The notes under the pieces: model-generated
Database searches by the model: none
What the model was told of the DNA's origin: nothing
What the model saw: only the letters and a program-made list of their open reading frames with translations
Part shown: one piece after another, positions 46,999-53,073 of the stretch
How the letters are laid out: every line of letters begins with the position of its first letter
How positions within the stretch are numbered: position 1 is the first letter of the stretch
Position numbers and translations under genes: made by a program
Assembly (NCBI GenBank): GCA_001938485.1
Contig: MQRK01183114.1
Location: 1 to 53,073, forward strand
DNA: 53,073 nucleotides
Reading direction: 5' to 3'
From: Girardia tigrina
Taxonomy: Eukaryota

Positions 46999-49500
46999 TG
47001 TAAGTACTTTCCATCATAAAAATAATCAGACAAAATATTGCAAAATTTATTACTATTCAAATTTGTACCAAAACACAATATTAAAACAAATCAGGAGTTT
47101 ATAAATTAATCTGGATCCAAATTACAATTTAATATATATATATATATATACCATATGATAATTTAATATAAATAGTAATATAAGTTAATTTTCCTCACAC
47201 CCCTCCTTCTTTAAAAGGTTTTAGTCACTCTATATTTCGACATACAGTAAAAATTCACAAATTGCAACTTCACAAAATGCAACTAACACTAATTGCAACA
47301 AAAATAGTACACCTTATTCATTAAATGCAACTTTTTTCCAAAAAAATTGTTTTAATATTATATTTAGCAAAATATTAAACAAAAAGTAAATAGTTTAAAT
47401 TTGAATTAAATTACTTAGAAAATTTAGATACCCATGAATAATAAAAGGAAATTATTCTTTTCTCAGATATTAGATATACTAAATAATATAAAGGAAAATA
47501 TTCCAGTAAAAGTAATATGTGCGAAATATAATGTACATAAAAGTACAATAACACGAATTAGAAACAATAGCGACAAAATATATGATTTTGCTAAGCAAAC
47601 CATTATTCCTGTGACAAATATTAAAAGAATAACAAAGGTGACAATGCATGACACTGAAAAAGCAGTATATAATTGGTTCCTTAATGAGAGAATGAAACAT
47701 AACACGGTATCTGACACCATGTTACAATTGAAAGCATTAGAATTCCATAAAGAATTAAATGCTAACGTAAAGTTTGAAGGTAGCCATGGTTGGGTACAAA
47801 GATTTAAAAAAGGCATTCTATTCGCCTTTTAAAAATTTGTGGAGAAAAGCTGTCATCTAATGAGTCCTCAGTTCCTAAATATTTGGAAAATTTTGCTAAT
47901 ATAGTACGAGAACAAAATCTGGTAACTGATAAAATATACAATGCAGATGAAAGTGGTCTCATATATAAATTTTTAAGTAATGTAACTTTGGTGTCTAGTA
48001 ATAAAAAACATGCACCAGGTAGGAAAAATTCCAAAGAAAGAATTACGATTATGGCTTGTACAAATACAAATGGAAACCATAAATTATCGTTAATGCTCAT
48101 TGGAAAATCAAATAACCCGCGATGTTTCAAAAATGTTATTCTACCTGAAATGCATTATCGGGCTTCAAAAAATGCTTGGCAAACACAAGGACTATTTAAG
48201 GAATGGTTTACTGATGTATTCGTACCAGAAGTAAGAAAATATATATTAATGAAAAATTTACCTCTCAAAGCTGTCCTTCTTGATAATTCTACTTCAAATT
48301 TCAGTGAGAAGCCATTAACATCAGATTGTGGAAACATAACTGTCTATTTCTTTCCACCCAATACCACTGCTATATTGCAACCATTAGATCAAAATATCAT
48401 CAAAACACTGAAACAAATTTATAGAAAGAAACTCCTTTTCCATTTAACTTCGCAATCAGGAGATAACTTAAATAATAAGTTAGATGACATAAATTTGAAA
48501 GATGTTGCATACCTTGTCACAGAAGCATGGAATGAAGTCGGCAACTCGATTATTTCAAGTGGATTCAAACAACTGACATGTATTGCCAATTTAGAATCAA
48601 TACCTATTGATATTAAGGAATGTGATGAGAAATCATTAATCAGTTTATATCGGCATGTTGTCCCAGATTCAAATGTAGAAGATGAAGAAATAATGCAATG
48701 GGCATCGGGAGCCCATGAAATTTCCGGTAACATAATCACGGAGGAAAATATAGTTAATGAAATTCGTTCTGGCGGTAAAGATCAAAACAATGAAAGCTTT
48801 AATCCAGATATTAGTATAAATAATGTTATCAAAAGCTTAAATATTACCATTGATTATGCCAGAAAGCAATTTAACCATTGAAGAAATTCTATTCTTACGA
48901 AGAATACATGAGAAATTATTTCTAAAAATTTACATTATAAATAAATTGTTGTTTCTTTTCATTTTCTTTCTTTTTTCAGATTCATGTTGTCTTTTGCTAT
49001 TATAAATTATTTTTATACACCAATTTCACAAATTGCAACTTTTTTGGATAAATTGTTTCAAAAAAGTTGCAATTTGTGAATCTTTACTGTATCAATCTGC
49101 CGATTTTATTTTCTAATTCTACACTCTGGTTGTGTATATTCCGAATAATCCGATATGGTCCTTCATATCGATCTGTTCCTTTTAATCTATTTTCAACTTT
49201 CAACAATACCAAATCCCCTTGTTTAAAACATCGTTTCTTTACATATGTTTGATGTTTTTTGTTTTCCACTTGTTGTACTTCTTCAATAATTTTTTTATTG
49301 TCAAGATCATAACGGCGCGATCCATCCAATATTATCCGTTTTCCGAAAACAATTTCTGATGAGCTAAATTTTGTTGTACTCTGCTTAGAAACATTAATAC
49401 TAAATTAAATTTCGGTTAAATATCAACCCAATTTTTTCTACCGTTATCTTTCAATGTTGCATTTAGGGCATCTCTAATAGTACGGAACTGACGTTCTATA
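46999..49500 (-). mobile_element. Gypsy integrase C-terminus, PPT and 3' LTR (47199-46999), interrupted by the Tigger at 47245-49089
   Basis: IRDALNATLKD...SEIVFG...FKQGDLVLLK...YEGPYRI...GRLI, resuming past the insertion as CRNIE*LKPFKEGGV*. PPT AAAGAAGGAGGGG, then TGTGAGG...AATAAA...CTTACA. Related to 34550-35235. Confidence 0.85.
47245..49089 (+). mobile_element. Full-length Tigger/jerky-like pogo transposon with near-intact transposase (47434-~48940)
   Basis: TIRs CAGTAAAAATTCACAAATTGCAAC / GTTGCAATTTGTGAATCTTTACTG (one mismatch), TA on both sides. HTH_psq and CENP-B HTH (GSHGWVQRFK), NADESG, LLDN, LQPLDQ. A frameshift in the A-run near 47805 and a stop at 48879. Confidence 0.95.
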
Positions 49501-51847
49501 ATTCCATAATTGATATTTCATTGATATGCAATATGATAATATAAATAGTAATATATAATTTATTTTCCTCAAACTGTTCAAATAATCTAAATTCTTTCTC
49601 CGTATTCTAAAACCAATAAATTCAAATTTATAAATAAAGGAAAATTGTTTGGTAAATAATATCTTAGATAATTGATGAAGCATAAAATCAATTGACTTTA
49701 TTAGGATTATACTGCCATTCAAATAGTGTATTATTTATAAATCAGCGGCAATTAATTAATAATTTTATAATTTTTATAAATACACGTTTATGTAGTATAA
49801 TTTTGGTCGTTTTAAACAACTATAATTTTTCAAATTCCCCTTCTTAAGGGTAATTTTAATATTTTTTTATTAATTTGTAATGCTTCTTCAAAATTGATAG
49901 AAAAATATTCGTAATTATTTCCATTAATTTACTAATTCGCTTTCCAACAATTTTAGATTTGGATTGGAAGATGATATTGTTGTGAATGTGGATATTTTAA
50001 AATAACTACATTTCTGTTCCTATAATTCACTATTTCTTTTTTTTATAACGAAGACCAAATACTAATCTCTTCAATTCTGTATTCCAATACAGTTTTCATA
50101 TGAATCCAAATTTTCAAATTTGATTTAATGATAGTTTAATGTATTTCGAGAATTTTCATCAATGATTAACAATTGATCATGCTTTTCCAAACACGTTTTT
50201 TCTTTTCTGAAGAAAATATCACAAATCAACAATTATCAAGACCTAAAATGGTTTTTAAAATTAATTATTTTTCTATTAACCCGTCTACTATCATATACAT
50301 GTTGCCTTTGCAAGATATGGCGCTAAATTTTTCTGGATTTTTTGTTTCTTTTACTAATAATATATATTTTATAAAATTAAAAAAAAATTGTTGACTTTTG
50401 ATAGCCATTTGAGAGTGAAATGTTGAAAAAAACAAAAAGTTAATATTTTTACAGTAAGCAGAATTAACAGAGTTACATAGTTGCACACACCCAAAAATTA
50501 AATATGGTGATGATTACAATATAAAACAATTTCCAATTATATGTAAATGCTATCCCGAAATTCTATTTTTACTTTTTTTCTGTTAAGAGAACTCACACAT
50601 TTGACAGAACATTTATTACATTGACAATTTTGATCATCTCTATGACAATCATTAGTATCGCTCGCACTTAAATCCATCACTCAATGTTAATTACTCCTCC
50701 TTACAATCTGAACCAACTTGAAGAAAATTATTTTATTTCAAATATTTAATTTAAATTTTATTCGCTAAAATAAAATTACTTTTTATAATCATTTTTAAAC
50801 ATTAATTTGATTTTAATTATTTAAAAATTAACAAAAATAAAATCAATAAAATTATTTAAAATAATAAAAATTAAAAATTGGAATATTAAATCTAAATTTG
50901 AATAAATTAATTTCAGATTATAAGAATTAAAATATTAATCATCCATCTGATTAGGAGAGACGCAATCCCAAATTAACACACAACATTTAAACATGCAAAC
51001 ACTACACAAAAATATCAACACACCAAATATTCCTCACATTTTCAAAAGCAAAAATATGAACTTCAGATGACTAAAAAGCAACACCCTGATTAGATGAACA
51101 TAATCTAGCTATAGGTAAAGTCAAAGAAATGTAAAACGATATCATCATAACATAGTATAAGCTTGATACAGCTAACTACGTTAATCGAAAATAGTCGACA
51201 CTAGCGGTCTAAGTTTGTAAAAAAATGGAACCGAGTGGGCTAATAAAATGGCGGTCTATGGAAGTGGTATGGTAACCCATTGCACTCGGTATTTGTAATA
51301 TAAGGGTTAGAGGTATTAAAAATTTAACACAACCATAAGTAATTTAAATAATGTTAATTTTAAAATAAATATTTTACATGTGGAAATGGCAAGGATTAAC
51401 TAGCAGATTAAAAATAAAGACTTAGGAAGTTTGAAGATAAAGAAAATAAGATGTAATTATAAATTATTTTATTTCGGAACGATTACTTATAAAAATTCAA
51501 TATTTTTAAATTGTTATGAATATAATTAATATAAAACAAAACCTGTTTCATCTTTTGATCTTGTGTAGGTTTTGTGCGTTGAGTTTTATGCTTTATCTGA
51601 AAAAAATTAATTATATTTGATTGAAATTGTCATTACAAAAATCATTTTCCGTATTATTACAAAATTTTATTTTTAACAAAGATAATTTTATGTCAATCAT
51701 GATAATTATTTCACTGCATTCATCATTTAACGGCTATATTCCCTTAAAATATCTGAAAGAATAAAAACAAATAAAAAGATAAGTGTTTCTTCATATTATT
51801 TTTGAAGAATATGTTAAATTGTGCATGAATGTGGTGTGTTGAAATTG

Positions 51848-53030
51848 GAACCGCAATTCTATCTTTTGGTTTTTTTCACCCATACACATTTTCTTTTTGA
51901 ATGCTAATGTGTTTTCCGGTAAAGGTTTCCACATTAACGCTAAAATGAAACAAAAAGTTAAACAAAATTCATTTACTGTACTTAAATGCATAATTTCATC
52001 ACTCACCAGTCTCGTCACAGTTAAAAATATTAGACGGCTGATATCGGCGTAATATGGAAGGTATATGTACAGATTTCCACTCTTTCACATTTGCTTCAGG
52101 CACATCTGCACTTTCTGCAGCCATTTTTCGGGAACAATTCTGATGTCTGATCTTCCATCTATCTATCCAGCCTCGAGTAATTTCCTCACTGATATTGCCA
52201 AAGGACCTACTAAAGTCGCATGCCTTAAGGCGCAGAGTTTCACCATCAATTGGTATGTTTCTGTCAAGTTGCTATAAAAGAGGGGATGAATAATATAATA
52301 AGTCGCTGATATTTTATACTGTACCTGTCGAAACCATTCCAGCAAGCATTTGTCCACCTCTTCATTTCTTGCAGGTCCCAATTTCTTAGTCTTCAAATTC
52401 ATTGCTGTATTGCACCGGTCATTAATCTTCTCTTTATCCTTTATAATAGTGGACAATATCGAGGTTGGAATTCCAAATGATGATGCAATGTCTTTCATCT
52501 TCATATGCTTATGAGAGTCAACATAGTCAATAATTTCCTTTTTCTTGACCCCGTCCAAAATGTGCAATTTACGCTTTTCAGCCATCTGTAATGTAAAGAA
52601 TTGATTATAGAATAAAAAATTAAATTGATTATAAAATAAAGATAAAATATTGAAAAATTTATTTTTGATCAAAAGAATTTAAAAAAGTGCATAAAAATGC
52701 ATATTAAAACAACAAACCATTAATTTTATTTTAAAATATCATCTAATTTTAAAATAAATAATTTTTTATACATTAATTTTTTAAGACACTCATATAAAAG
52801 AAATCAGGATTTTGTATCATCAGTTTTCGGTTCGAAATTCTTTCATTTGATTTGCGTTGTGGGGTGAGTACAGTAAAAAACTCTTTCGTTATTAGCTTCG
52901 TCTCATACTAAAATTCTGTTCATACAGTTATTGTAATATAGAGAATATTTCAGGAAAATAAATCACATTATCTGCAAACAAGGCTATCTCGATTTTTTTC
53001 CGTCCCACACGATTTGAGATAAGCGAGTTT

Positions 53031-53035
<5 letters not shown>
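51848..53035 (-). mobile_element. Intron-containing Tigger transposon, 5' part; coding exons 52585-52325, 52271-52007, 51939-~51848
   Basis: TIR-like (T)AGTCAAACTCGCTTATCTC at 53035 next to (TA)n. GT-AG introns of 53 nt (phase 0) and 67 nt (phase 1) join MAEKRK...LLEWFRQ|QLDRNIPIDG...GWIDRWKIRH...IFNCDET|ALMWKPLPENTLAF in frame. A 1-nt deletion near 51875 and truncation follow. Confidence 0.88.

Positions 53036-53068
<33 letters not shown>
53034..53068. repeat. (TA)n microsatellite (others at ~12503, 12633-12720, 31674, 33054, 34550, 44980, 47133)
   Basis: Seen directly. Confidence 0.95.
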
Positions 53069-53071
<3 letters not shown>

Positions 53072-53073
53072 GT

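Noticed and set aside
1-53073. CRISPR arrays, tRNA/rRNA genes, prokaryotic operons
   Set aside because: No regularly spaced repeat-spacer array, cloverleaf, rRNA-like sequence or dense gene packing; the content is eukaryotic.

Overview
AT-rich eukaryotic (animal-like) genomic DNA from a draft assembly with five N gaps. It is mostly decayed, partly nested transposable elements. LTR retrotransposons include two members of a Gypsy-order family with a DIRS-like RNase H, two Gag-protease elements, two Gypsy integrase 3' ends and BEL/Pao remnants. Other retroelements are Penelope-like GIY-YIG/pLTR pieces carrying minimal hammerhead ribozyme cores and an RTE LINE. DNA transposons include pogo/Tigger, mariner, a FLYWCH-MULE, an intron-split Ginger-type integrase and a Helentron-associated (HINE/DINE-like) repeat. 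No rRNA, tRNA or CRISPR is visible. The only host-gene signal is a short spliced segment running into the first gap that resembles a class C GPCR (end of the Venus-flytrap domain, start of the cysteine-rich domain), plus some weak candidate exons. The most interesting observations are: (i) a recurrent non-TGG motif (AGCTATC) directly after LTR ends, complementary to tRNA positions ~1-12 rather than the 3' CCA end; (ii) four hammerhead cores in Penelope repeats; (iii) a TIR-bearing Tigger whose transposase is split by spliceosomal introns; (iv) -1 frameshift signals placed before the protease in one LTR lineage and after it in another. All family calls come from motif recognition by eye; no database search was run.
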